A DNA stretch of 64,000 bases from a virus (lineage: Duplodnaviria; Caudoviricetes): the IMG/VR virus record IMGVR_UViG_2667527381_000001, positions 138 to 64,137 of that record, one strand, 5' to 3'. The notes below the pieces were generated by a model that was given only the letters and a program-made list of their open reading frames with translations, had not been told where the DNA came from and searched no databases. The translations under genes were made by a program, and so were the position numbers. Positions 39,697 through 49,603 of the stretch are shown here, in pieces. Every line of letters starts with the position of its first letter. The stretch's first letter is position 1.

Positions 39697-40602
39697 TCAA
39701 GCGGCGTGGAATTTTTGCTGTATAGTTTCCCTTTTGTCGTCTTTGACTCCGTCGATCGGCTGAAAGCGATGGACGACTCTCAAAGACCTTTTGTGGATAG
39801 GGTCCAATAGGTAACGAGAGATTTGCTTTTCCCCCTGATAAATTTTAAACTCATGGCGCCTATCCTCAAACGAAGGCTTGCATTGTACATTTACGATCGC
39901 AAATTCAGGGCCAATGGTAATGTGTCCGTCTTTAAAGACTACTAGATTTCGTCTTTCTGAAAGACGCGCGGATTCATATCTTATGCCTTTTATTCCTTTG
40001 GCTAATGAACAAGCTGCTAGTTGCTGACAAATGCTGTAGTCATTGCTCATTGAAAAATTAATTGAATCCTTGTGTCTTTTGTTCTTATCGATATAGCGAT
40101 CATAACCAAGTTCCACCAAACAATTGTAGAGATTTTCCCGATTCGACATATCAGCAATATTTGCTTTAGCGAGATTGCATTCAACGTGAAAGACAACCAA
40201 GTAGAAATCCAGAACTTCAGGCAAACTTCGTTTGAAAGTAAGCTTGGAGTTTTGTTGTGCTTGATTAAAGCTCTTTAGTGTTTTGAAGTTCTTGCTGAAG
40301 ACATGATATGAAACTTCTAATAGAGATGTTTCTGGATCTTCGCTGAGATACAGTGATCGGCAACTTTTAGGAGGGTTAAAGCGCGCGCCCTGATAAGCTG
40401 AGTAGTTGAAGCTGCCTTCAATAAATGCTGATTGCTGTTTTGTAATCACCTTGGATACAAATGATTTTGCATACTCGTAGTTTTCTTTGAGTGTCCACCA
40501 TGGATCCTCAGTTTTAGCCCCAAGTTGTGTCCATTTCTTACTGTCTTTCCGGTCTAGCGAATGGATCAAGTTCTCAAATTTTATGCATCGAAAGAACTTC
40601 AT
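39697..40602 (-). CDS. RES-domain protein (putative NAD+-degrading toxin)
   Basis: GARFNPP...SLYLSEDPETSLLEV...GIRYESAR...RNLVVF. Confidence 0.85.
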   Translation of the reverse strand: MKFFRCIKFENLIHSLDRKDSKKWTQLGAKTEDPWWTLKENYEYAKSFVSKVITKQQSAFIEGSFNYSAYQGARFNPPKSCRSLYLSEDPETSLLEVSYHVFSKNFKTLKSFNQAQQNSKLTFKRSLPEVLDFYLVVFHVECNLAKANIADMSNRENLYNCLVELGYDRYIDKNKRHKDSINFSMSNDYSICQQLAACSLAKGIKGIRYESARLSERRNLVVFKDGHITIGPEFAIVNVQCKPSFEDRRHEFKIYQGEKQISRYLLDPIHKRSLRVVHRFQPIDGVKDDKRETIQQKFHAA

Positions 40603-41069
40603 TGGAAGGCCAACTCCCTCGAAATCTGAATAAGTAGTTCAATAATTCTCTTAAAGTAATCATCTTGGCGATTTGATTTTGATGGCTTCTTGCTCAAATG
40701 TGCGGCGTAAATCCTATTGGAAAGATCGATTATTTCAGACATCCGCAGATGACCGGTACCTATTCGATCTACAACTCCTTCTCGAAGCCAATTCTGCAAA
40801 CCAATCTCATTTTCTTGGGAGGATTTTTTGGCGATTATATGTGCCATGTAGAAGTTAAAATCATTACGATCTTTGGGTGCCATAATTGGTAGTATTTTTT
40901 TTACTTCTTCGGGAAGGAGTGCTTCTGTGTCTGTTTCAGGTAGTGAATTTATCTTTGCAGATAAACGAGAGCTTGCGGTTTCAAATTTAATCACAGTACC
41001 TCCTGCCGAATATAATGCCTTCTCGGCGGGTAACCGAATGAATGAATATGCAATAATTGCCCATGCCAA
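40599..41069 (-). CDS. Putative antitoxin partner of the RES protein
   Basis: ATGA overlap with the RES start; antitoxin-before-toxin order; TTG start uncertain. Confidence 0.5.
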   Translation of the reverse strand: MAWAIIAYSFIRLPAEKALYSAGGTVIKFETASSRLSAKINSLPETDTEALLPEEVKKILPIMAPKDRNDFNFYMAHIIAKKSSQENEIGLQNWLREGVVDRIGTGHLRMSEIIDLSNRIYAAHLSKKPSKSNRQDDYFKRIIELLIQISRELAFQ

Positions 41070-41356
41070 AGCCTTGTAGACCTTCGAGCCATAAGTGCGG
41101 AAACTTAGGTGCTACTCCCATTATTGAGCGGCAGAAAAAATTGAGTGCATTATCGAGAGCGAGGTGTTTGAGTCTGGCAGGCTTGAACTTCGATGACTTG
41201 TTGGAGGACGGAATAGCCGATCATCGTGTCTGTTCCTGTATGCCATGGGGTTCCGTTTGGGGAAAATCCACGATTTCAATAGCTATCCAAAATTGAAGCA
41301 TTGCCTCATTAGCAACTCCACCCTTAGCTAAGAGTCATTCAAAACTACGATATCCT

Positions 41357-42793
41357 TCAAGTTTTCGGAGTAATATCATCCCCTCCATATTCGGAGCTTT
41401 TTAACCCCTTCAAGGGACCAAATGTCCTGTTTGCAAATTCGTCGATTGCTTTGGCAGATGCTTCGTCAAAGACAACGTCCCTCGCCACAAAAAAATCTTC
41501 GGATCTTTGCAGCGATGAAGCAGATTCAATGGCAATTCCGATTACTGCTTTCAACTCCAATCTGCGATATGCAGCGAAACAGGCATTTCGAAGCAAAGCA
41601 GCACGCTGTTGCCGACTAACCTCAGCATCAACTACTGTCAAAATCACTACTGCTATTTCCGAATCATCCAGGTGCTTAATTACTCTGAAAGCAATAGGAA
41701 AGCGCCTTGTCTTCAAGTTTACATCTGCTCGCAATGCACAATCTCTCACAGCTTCTCCAATCGCGCGTCTGGCCAGACGCTTAAGACTGGCCAAATCTGT
41801 CGATAGCTGAAAATGCGCTTCGACGGATCCTGGAGGAGCAACAGCTAACAGCTCTGGGTCATGATTTATTTCATACCCGATTGACCGATGTGATCCTTGC
41901 AAAATCTTGTCTACAATATATGAAGTCAAGTTTAGCTCATTTCTCCGAATGATTGCAGGCGCGAGGTGAGATACATAATAGTCCCAAATTCCTGGCTCCA
42001 ATGCTATTCCATCGATCGGCCCTGCGAATTCCTCTTCAATTTCGGGTAGCTTGGTTTTGTAGAAAGCCAAGAAATCAAGTTCATTAAGATCGCCAATCAT
42101 CTGTCCTTCTAGCATGTCGCGGCGTCGATCAAGATAACTTAGAAGATCCGGCAAAGTATCCAATTCGATTGAAACCTTGTCAAAGTCATTGATATCGAAG
42201 ATATGCACAGGATAGTCTCGAAAAAGTCTAAATCCATTCTGGAGTTCGAACTTTTTCTCTTCAGGAAAATTTTCAACGCCAGGGAAAGCTACGACGGAAA
42301 TGCAGACAAGATTCAGATTTGGAGTCGAAGCAATATCGATCTGATTTCCTCTCAGATTTGTTAGAGGCGGCAGCAAGCGATTTTTCAATAGACGAATAAT
42401 GGTTTCAAATTGACCTATTGCCTTGTCTACTAATCCCCCAGCGCGCCCCAGAATCGTGGCTTCGTCTTTTTCAGGGCTGAGGGTTTTGTGCTTTATCTGA
42501 AAAGCAATCAGAGTAGTACCAAGTAAAACGAGAATGTCAGCCACTTCCTTTTGATTTGGTCCATCCATGAATTTGGGGGTTCGAAACACGAGGTCGGGAA
42601 CGCCAATTCTTTCACAGATTTTTTGAACAATTTCTTCTAGATGGTCTCCATCGTTGATAGACGTACTTACAAAATGTCTTTCGCGCCAACGCTTTAAAGA
42701 TTCAAGGTCTTCGGGATTTCCAACACTCGACCGCTGTTGAGTCATTTTCTTTGCCTTACGCAATTGACGTTTAAGATTTTTTTTTGACATCAT
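41357..42793 (-). CDS. Hypothetical protein with PD-(D/E)xK/NERD-like N-terminal motif
   Basis: KEVADILVLLGTTLIAFQIK resembles a nuclease-fold signature. Confidence 0.6.
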   Translation of the reverse strand: MMSKKNLKRQLRKAKKMTQQRSSVGNPEDLESLKRWRERHFVSTSINDGDHLEEIVQKICERIGVPDLVFRTPKFMDGPNQKEVADILVLLGTTLIAFQIKHKTLSPEKDEATILGRAGGLVDKAIGQFETIIRLLKNRLLPPLTNLRGNQIDIASTPNLNLVCISVVAFPGVENFPEEKKFELQNGFRLFRDYPVHIFDINDFDKVSIELDTLPDLLSYLDRRRDMLEGQMIGDLNELDFLAFYKTKLPEIEEEFAGPIDGIALEPGIWDYYVSHLAPAIIRRNELNLTSYIVDKILQGSHRSIGYEINHDPELLAVAPPGSVEAHFQLSTDLASLKRLARRAIGEAVRDCALRADVNLKTRRFPIAFRVIKHLDDSEIAVVILTVVDAEVSRQQRAALLRNACFAAYRRLELKAVIGIAIESASSLQRSEDFFVARDVVFDEASAKAIDEFANRTFGPLKGLKSSEYGGDDITPKT

Positions 42794-43011
42794 AAGTTGA
42801 GTTCCGAATCATTTTTCGTCGCTTGAACCCGAGTCTATAAGAACAGTTTCAATATTGCAACAATCTGTTACTTAAGAGAATTAATCGAGATATGGGGTTT
42901 ACAATCGGAAGCGAATGGTCCCCATTTCCAGCTTCTAAGTGCGAAACTGGTTCCGCATTCCTTTTCCAAACAAGTCGTTATATAGTCACGCCTGAACTGA
43001 AGGAAAGCTAT

Positions 43012-43200
43012 ATGCGACGTGTATTTGCAGATATTGAAGATAGAGAAACAGACTGCTGGGGATTCCATTGCCCCTTCTGCAAAGTCTACCTGACCGAAGA
43101 TAAACCCGCCAAGAGTTCCATCGACGCTCGATGCGCAGACTGTGATGCAGGTTTCCTTGTCACTTTTTTTGACGAAGAGGGGAACAATGCCGCGATATGA
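43012..43200 (+). CDS. Small zinc-ribbon protein
   Basis: CPFC...CADC; AAGGA RBS. Confidence 0.55.
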   Translation: MRRVFADIEDRETDCWGFHCPFCKVYLTEDKPAKSSIDARCADCDAGFLVTFFDEEGNNAAI

Positions 43201-43246
43201 CTTGATGAAAATTCTTTGCGCGCGAAGTCAACTTCTATGATTGCAT

Positions 43247-43478
43247 GGGTCCTTTCATCAATAAAAACGGTCAGTTGACGATCAACCACCCCCTCCCGCT
43301 CGGTTTGATAAAAATTTTGCGTCACCGGCACCACTTGCCTTCGTGAACATCTTTAGCTGAAAGACTTATAGACCTATCCCTGGTAAATTTGTGGACACTA
43401 CGATGTCTCTTCCTGCCGGGTGAAGCCGGACTTTCAAGGGATTTAAGCATTCCCTGCGTCCGCAAATTTGCGGACACT
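43247..43478 (+). other. cos-like packaging region upstream of terS (copy 2)
   Basis: GGGTCCT (lambda cosQ sequence) at 43247; 63-bp block with GTTGA-CGA-TCAAC symmetry; repeats AAATTTG(T/C)GGACACT at 43385 and 43464. Confidence 0.65.
43458..43475. promoter_or_regulatory. 18-bp perfect palindrome, candidate operator (second copy 47899..47916)
   Basis: GTCCGCAAATTTGCGGAC; GTCCGCAAATTAGCGGAC upstream of the head protease. Confidence 0.55.
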
Positions 43479-43551
43479 CACAAACTTTGTAGTGAATCAG
43501 ATATGAGTTATGACTCGATTGTGCCGGATATGCCGGCTCAGGAGTCATGCT

Positions 43552-44160
43552 TTGGATTTGCCAACAGCTTCGATCAGAGAATTTGCCCGGATAGTTGGGG
43601 TCAATCATTCGGCTGTGCTGAGGGCGATCAAGAATGGGACAAGGCTTGAGGGAGCGGTCATTCAGGATAAGGATGGCACTCGAATCATAATTTCGCTTGG
43701 GTGCCACGCCTGGATTCAGAACAAGGATCATAGAAAGGACAATCGGCCGGCGGATACTCCATCTGACTGGCCCCATGATGAAATGAGCGTGACAGAGGCC
43801 AACCGGGTCAAGCGACACTATGAAGCTCTGCTGGAGAAACTGACGTTTGAGCGGGAGGCTGGGAGGCTGACAAGCATTGAAAAGTTCCGTGCCGAGGCTT
43901 TTACCGTCGCCCGCGGCACAAGGGATAGCCTCTTAAATGTCCCTAATGAAAGTGAATTTGAGTTGAAGCGACTTGTCGTGGAATTTCTCCGAAAAAGGCA
44001 TGGGAACGATTCGGTGACGGCCCTTGCCGGGGACCTTGACGAGATGGGGCTCGCATTCCGCACCTTTCAAAAGGCCACGATCAGAAAAGCACTAAGAGAC
44101 ATGCTCGACGAACGCTTTGGTGCTGCGGTGCTTTCAATGGAGAAGTCCGTTGAAGCGTGA
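43552..44160 (+). CDS. Terminase small subunit (Nu1-like)
   Basis: N-terminal HTH SIREFARIVGVNHSAVLRAIK; EALLEKLTFEREAGRL; precedes terL; TTG start inferred from AGGAG. Confidence 0.75.
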   Translation: MDLPTASIREFARIVGVNHSAVLRAIKNGTRLEGAVIQDKDGTRIIISLGCHAWIQNKDHRKDNRPADTPSDWPHDEMSVTEANRVKRHYEALLEKLTFEREAGRLTSIEKFRAEAFTVARGTRDSLLNVPNESEFELKRLVVEFLRKRHGNDSVTALAGDLDEMGLAFRTFQKATIRKALRDMLDERFGAAVLSMEKSVEA

Positions 44161-46003
44161 CCTGATGACTTCAAGCCTCGGATCGGTGGTGCCTGACTTT
44201 TATTACGGTTTGATGCCGAACCCTGACATCAGTATTGTTGAATATGCCGAAAAAAACCTCTATCTCGTATCCGGCAAAAACCCTTTCCCGGGTCTCGTCG
44301 ATTTTTCTCGAACTCCTTATCTCCACGAGCTCATGGATGCGCTTATGCCCGATAACGGCATCGAGCGTGTTGTTCTGATGAAAGGCTGGCAGACAGGAGG
44401 GACACTCACGATCCTCGCCTGGATGCTCTGGGTGATGGGGGTGGCGCCAGCTCCCATGATCATCGTGCAGCCGACCGATGAGCTGCGGGAGAAATTTTCC
44501 AAGCAGAGGATCAATCCCATTATCGCAAACTGTCGCGATCTTCGTGAGAGGGTAGCCGAATATCAGAAACAGCTGCCCGACAGCAAACGGGAAAAGGACA
44601 CTCTGATTTCAAAGCAGTTTCCTGGTGGCCATATCAACCTTGCAACATCGACCTCGGAACCATCCCTGCGCTCGGAGTCGGCCCAGTATTTGGCGTTCGA
44701 TGAGGTTTCTGCTTACGATGAGGACTGTCAGGGCCATGGCGATCCGTGCGGCCTCGCCCTCGGCCGCACGTCGGCCTATGACGGCCGCAAGAAAATCTTC
44801 TACAACTCCACGCCCACCATCAGAGACTACTGCCGGATAGAGCGGGAATACCTGACTACTGATCAGAGAAAGCTCTTCGTGCCTTGCCTCAGCTGCGGTG
44901 AAATGCAGGTTCTGGTGTGGGCAAATTTTGATCTTACGACGGATGATCCCGCCTATCCTTGCATCCTCTGTGGCTATCGGCATTTCGAGCAGGACAAAAT
45001 CCAGATGCTGACCCGTGCGGAGTGGCGCCCTACTGCCACTTCAGTGGATGGTGGCAGAGGCTATCATCTGCCGGCCCTCTATGCCCCTCCGGGCATGTGG
45101 TCATGGAAAAGCAGCCTGCAGCAGTTTCGAAAAGGTCTGGCCAATCCAGTCGAAATGAAGGTCTTTGTCAACAATTGCCTGGGCGAGCCCTACGAGGACG
45201 ATACGATCACTAGCTGTGATCCAAACGATCTGATGCAACTGAGGGAGGATTACTGGCCGGAGGCAAAGCTTCCGGAGGGAATAGGCGTAATCACCGCGGG
45301 CGTCGATACCCACCCGACTCATGTTGACATTGTGGTCGTGGGCTGGGGCTGCGGGAACGAAAGCTGGGTGCTCGACTATTGGATTGAGCCGGGGGATTCG
45401 AACGCTCCCGAGCTCTGGGCCCGCGTTCAAAGAAGGCTCAGGACTTCCTATCCGCACAGCAATGGCGTATCGAGACTTCGCATTGCGACCACCTGCGTTG
45501 ATACCGGCGGTCATAACACCGGGGCGGTTTACGACTTCTGCAGCCGGCATATAAAGCAAAGAATCCTGCCGATCAAAGGCTCCAAAGGCCCCGCTGCTCC
45601 CTATATCGATCATCCCACAATAAAAAAGGAGGCCAAGGTCTTCCTTTTCCCGGTTGGAAAGCTCGCGACCCATGGCCGCCTTTTTTCGTCCCTGGAGCGC
45701 TCTATGGAGCGAATGAAGGAGTATCGCGAGGCCCTCGGCACCAACCCAAAGGCCCGGTATCGTGATGCGGAGATCATCCACTTTCATAAGAACCTCCCCG
45801 ATTCCTTTTTCAAGGAGCTCGCGGCTCCGAAGAAAATCTGGCGGAAGGTCGAAGGGAAGTTTCAGATGGTCTACGAAACCGTTGCAGGAGTTGCTGATCA
45901 TGCCCATGACTGCCTGAGGTACGCGCACGCAGCACGCGAAAATATGGATGGGATTAATATCGACCAGGTTTGTGAAAACTTTGAGAAAAGGGCAGGGAGA
46001 TGA
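44117..46003 (+). CDS. Terminase large subunit, lambda gpA family
   Basis: RTPYLHE, MKGWQTGGT, FDEVSAY, NSTPT, VPCLSCG, NNCLGEP, ITAGVDT, CVDTGG, DCLRYA; true start may be ~44166. Confidence 0.95.
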   Translation: MVLRCFQWRSPLKRDLMTSSLGSVVPDFYYGLMPNPDISIVEYAEKNLYLVSGKNPFPGLVDFSRTPYLHELMDALMPDNGIERVVLMKGWQTGGTLTILAWMLWVMGVAPAPMIIVQPTDELREKFSKQRINPIIANCRDLRERVAEYQKQLPDSKREKDTLISKQFPGGHINLATSTSEPSLRSESAQYLAFDEVSAYDEDCQGHGDPCGLALGRTSAYDGRKKIFYNSTPTIRDYCRIEREYLTTDQRKLFVPCLSCGEMQVLVWANFDLTTDDPAYPCILCGYRHFEQDKIQMLTRAEWRPTATSVDGGRGYHLPALYAPPGMWSWKSSLQQFRKGLANPVEMKVFVNNCLGEPYEDDTITSCDPNDLMQLREDYWPEAKLPEGIGVITAGVDTHPTHVDIVVVGWGCGNESWVLDYWIEPGDSNAPELWARVQRRLRTSYPHSNGVSRLRIATTCVDTGGHNTGAVYDFCSRHIKQRILPIKGSKGPAAPYIDHPTIKKEAKVFLFPVGKLATHGRLFSSLERSMERMKEYREALGTNPKARYRDAEIIHFHKNLPDSFFKELAAPKKIWRKVEGKFQMVYETVAGVADHAHDCLRYAHAARENMDGINIDQVCENFEKRAGR

Positions 46004-46206
46004 CTCTTGAAGAGCAGCTGAAATCGGTGCAGCAGGCGATAGCCAGGGTCGAGGACGGTGGTCAGGAGATTGATATTGAGGTCAATCAAAATCGACGAAG
46101 GGTTTCCAGGGCGGATCTCCGGGATCTTTATCGGAGGGAGGCTCAGCTGAAGCTGGCTATCACACGCCGAAGGGGAGGAGGAATGGTCGATGCAATCCCC
46201 CGTTAA
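46000..46206 (+). CDS. Head-tail joining protein gpW-like
   Basis: 68 aa between terL and portal; RRVSRADLRDL. Confidence 0.8.
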   Translation: MTLEEQLKSVQQAIARVEDGGQEIDIEVNQNRRRVSRADLRDLYRREAQLKLAITRRRGGGMVDAIPR

Positions 46207-47710
46207 GGCCCAAAAGCCATCACTCGCTGCCCGACTGAAGGGTTGGTTTACCAGGGAGTCCGCCTGGACCGAGCCGACGGCCGATGCTCCGTATCGGTCA
46301 ACGTCGCGGCGCAGTATGGCGTCTTCCGAGTGGTACCCTGCCACTGCAAGCGCTGACGAGGCGCTGCTCGGAGCCATGCCGACCCTTCGTGATCAGTCGC
46401 GCGATCTTGATCGGAACGAGGGCATTGCCCGGGGCGCCGTGGAAAATTTTGTAACCAACGTGGTGTCTGATGGCATCAGGCCCCAGGCCAGGATTGACCA
46501 TGAGCTGATCGGGATTCCTGAGGCCAAAGCGCGGGAGCTTGAGCGCAGGGCCGAGAGAATATTTGAGCTGCATATGAAGTCGGATACAGCGGACTTTCAT
46601 GGAAAGGCGAGCTTTCCAATGATGCAGGCTCAGGTGCTGCGAGCGGCCTTTCTTGATGGGGATTGTGTGGCCATCCGAAGGCATGCGAAACGCCCAGGCG
46701 CAATACTATCGACCACAGTTCAGCTGATCGATGGTGCAAGGCTTCAGAATCCCGACCGGTGCACTGATCCGAATATTGATATACGCGAAGGAGTGGAGCT
46801 GAGGGATGGCTTTCCAATCGCCTATCACATCGTAAAAGCAGGTCCTGATCGTTTTGTGGGCAGGGAAACCGTTCGTGTGCCGCGCTTCGATGATGAAGGA
46901 ATGCCTCTGGCTCTTCACGTCTATCATCAAAGGCTTCTCGGACAGAGTCGTGGCGAGCCTGCCCTGGCTCCGATAATTGAGAAGTTTAAACAGATTTCCC
47001 GGTATTCCGACGCAGAGATCGCGGCGGCTGTGATCAATGCCTATTTCTCGATGTTTGTCACCTCAGAGTCCGACATTTTTGGCAATGATATCGATGCCAT
47101 TGAGGATCGGGATTCTCCTCCTACAGGGCAGGTGGAGCCGAAGCGTCAGATGGTCAAATTCGGTCCAGGAAAGCTGGTTCGGCTCCTGCCTAACGAAAAG
47201 ATCAGTGCCGCCGCTCCAGGCCGCCCCAACTCGAACTATGATCCTTTCGTTCAGGCCGTCATCAAGCAAATTGGGATTGGACTGAGCATCCCCTATGAAG
47301 TGCTGACCCAGCACTTCCAGTCGTCCTACTCTGCCGCAAGAGGCGCAATACTGGAGGCCTGGAAAGCATTCAAAACGCGCAGGGCTTGGCTGGTTTCCGA
47401 ATTCTGTCAGCCGGTGTGGGAATGGGTAATCACTGATGCGATACGCTCAGGCATGCTCGAAGCCCCGGAATTCTTCAAGGACCCACTTAAACGCCGGGCC
47501 TACCTCTGCACCCAGTGGTGCGGAAGCGAGATGGAGTCAATTGATCCCTTGAAGGAGGCCAGGGCAAATGAAGTGGACATTGAAAATGGTGTCAAATCTC
47601 GGCGTATGATTGTTGAGAACCAGGGACGCGACTTTGAAAAGCATATTCGCGAGTATGAAGAGGAGCAGCGAATTTTTTCAAGGCAGGATCAGAAATCGGA
47701 AACGCAATGA
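46190..47710 (+). CDS. Portal protein, lambda family
   Basis: LRDQSRDLDRN, GQSRGEP, IGIGLSIPYEVLT, SSYSAARG, IDPLKE. Confidence 0.95.
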   Translation: MQSPVKAQKPSLAARLKGWFTRESAWTEPTADAPYRSTSRRSMASSEWYPATASADEALLGAMPTLRDQSRDLDRNEGIARGAVENFVTNVVSDGIRPQARIDHELIGIPEAKARELERRAERIFELHMKSDTADFHGKASFPMMQAQVLRAAFLDGDCVAIRRHAKRPGAILSTTVQLIDGARLQNPDRCTDPNIDIREGVELRDGFPIAYHIVKAGPDRFVGRETVRVPRFDDEGMPLALHVYHQRLLGQSRGEPALAPIIEKFKQISRYSDAEIAAAVINAYFSMFVTSESDIFGNDIDAIEDRDSPPTGQVEPKRQMVKFGPGKLVRLLPNEKISAAAPGRPNSNYDPFVQAVIKQIGIGLSIPYEVLTQHFQSSYSAARGAILEAWKAFKTRRAWLVSEFCQPVWEWVITDAIRSGMLEAPEFFKDPLKRRAYLCTQWCGSEMESIDPLKEARANEVDIENGVKSRRMIVENQGRDFEKHIREYEEEQRIFSRQDQKSETQ

Positions 47711-47981
47711 GCAGCTTGTTATTTTCTTAGACAGAAGATCCGGATTCGAAAATTTCGATTCCATCGATAAGGGACCTCTGACGATTCAATCCAACTTTTT
47801 GTAACAATCTATCCCATCCATCAAATGCAGAGAGTTGAACCATAACTGACCGAATTCGGTAGAAGTAAGTCTGTCAATACCTATAGCTGCTCGCAAATGT
47901 CCGCAAATTAGCGGACAATCGAAAACTTCACAACTGTCTCCCATCAATCTATCTTTTCCTCGTGCCAACGCGAGGTGCCTT

Positions 47982-49205
47982 TTGTCTTACGCTCTTAACT
48001 ATCTAATGAAAACCAACTGGGCCATGACTGATGAGGCTTTGCTAAATCTGATCTCGGTAGTCAGGACTCATAAAAGGGGAAAAGCACTTGAAAGGTTTCC
48101 TGGCGAATCGGTGAAAAATGCCCACAGGGCTTACAATCGGGGCGGGGTGGGCATCATCCCGGTCCGTGACTCACTCTTCATGCGTTCAAATCTCATGACT
48201 AGGCACTGCGGAGCCACCGCATACGAAACACTAATGCACGATTTCCATAGACTGATAGAGGACGCTTCGATTCAAAGCATTCTATTTGAAATCGACAGCC
48301 CTGGTGGTGAAGCCGGAGGCTGCTCAGAGCTGTCGGACGCTATTTTTGAGGCCCGGGGCAGAAAACCGATTTTCGCTTACATTTCAGACTATGGCGCGTC
48401 CGCTGCATACTGGATCGCAAGTGCCTGTGATAGGATTTATGCCTCGGATTCCGCCATCGTCGGAAGCATTGGCGTTCAAATAGTGGCTCACTGCGGAATT
48501 TCAGATAATGAAATTCGCGTCGTCGCAAGCCAATCACCAAACAAAAATATCGATCCAGGAACAGAGGCAGGAGAAAAGGCTCTGCAGGAGCGTGCCGACG
48601 CCCTGGCTGAGATTTTTATACAAAAAGTGGCCAGAAATCGCGGCATAAGCCGTGAGATTGTCCTGGAAAAGTACGGCCAGGGCGGGGTCCTGGTGGGCGA
48701 AAAAGCCCGTACGCAGGGACTTGTCGATGGAATTTCAACTTTTGAAAAAATCATATCATTTCTTGGGGAGAAGACTGTGAAGCCAGAAGAAATTACGGCA
48801 GCATATATCGCCGAAGAGTACCCGGATATTGCCCGGTATTTCATGACGGAAGGCGAAAAGGTGACTCTTGCCCGCATTGCTGCTGAGGATCAGCGCAAAT
48901 CCCGAATCCGAGCACTCGGAAAAGGCCAGGTGTCGGATGGGTTTTTAAGCGCCCTGATCGATCGCGGTGTTTCAGTTCAGGATGCCGCGATGCAAATTCT
49001 TGAGGAAGCGCAAAAAAATCCGCTCCGAACTATTTCGAATGCCGCTCAGAAGGAACACGATGCACAGCTGGCTGAACTCAACACCCCCCCAGTGTCAGAA
49101 TCTGCCAGAACTGGGGACGAAAAAGCGATACTTGATCGGCAGCTTGAGGCGGCTCTTCATCTATCGCAAAAAATCGATGAGTTTAAAATCCGGGGGGGCA
49201 AATGA
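47982..49205 (+). CDS. S49 family capsid maturation protease (gpC-like) with scaffold region
   Basis: EIDSPGGE, GASAAYWIASAC, VGSIGV. Confidence 0.92.
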   Translation: MSYALNYLMKTNWAMTDEALLNLISVVRTHKRGKALERFPGESVKNAHRAYNRGGVGIIPVRDSLFMRSNLMTRHCGATAYETLMHDFHRLIEDASIQSILFEIDSPGGEAGGCSELSDAIFEARGRKPIFAYISDYGASAAYWIASACDRIYASDSAIVGSIGVQIVAHCGISDNEIRVVASQSPNKNIDPGTEAGEKALQERADALAEIFIQKVARNRGISREIVLEKYGQGGVLVGEKARTQGLVDGISTFEKIISFLGEKTVKPEEITAAYIAEEYPDIARYFMTEGEKVTLARIAAEDQRKSRIRALGKGQVSDGFLSALIDRGVSVQDAAMQILEEAQKNPLRTISNAAQKEHDAQLAELNTPPVSESARTGDEKAILDRQLEAALHLSQKIDEFKIRGGK

Positions 49206-49600
49206 GTTACGACTATCAGCCGTCCTGGCGAACGGCCGGTGAACATAGACCGGCTTTTATTCATAGAGGCAATTTTCCGGCCCGCCGCGATTCGGTGACG
49301 ATTGAAAAAGGCCAAAAGCTTACGGCCGGTGCAATTCTCGGGCGGAAAACAGCCTCCGGAAAATACGTTTTGTGCTCAAAAACGGCAAAGGACGGAACAG
49401 CCATCGCGGACGGAAGTGAAAAACCGGTCTGCATTCTCCAGCATGAAATTGACGCAACGGATGCCGACAGGAAAGTCCTGGTGTTCAGAACAGGCGCCTT
49501 TCTGGGCCTTGATCTTAACGTGGGGAGCGGTCACACGATTTCGAGCGTGGAGGAGGATCTGATCCCTCGCTGTATTTTCATCGACAAGGGGGAGGACTGA
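49202..49600 (+). CDS. Head decoration protein (gpD-like)
   Basis: GQKLTAGAILG...DGSEKPVCIL; between protease and capsid. Confidence 0.85.
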   Translation: MSYDYQPSWRTAGEHRPAFIHRGNFPARRDSVTIEKGQKLTAGAILGRKTASGKYVLCSKTAKDGTAIADGSEKPVCILQHEIDATDADRKVLVFRTGAFLGLDLNVGSGHTISSVEEDLIPRCIFIDKGED

Positions 49601-49603
49601 TTC

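Noticed and set aside
44117-46003. Deviant terminase Walker A (GWQTGGT) as a sign of inactivation
   Set aside because: GGT-type variants occur in gpA-family terminases and the other motifs are intact
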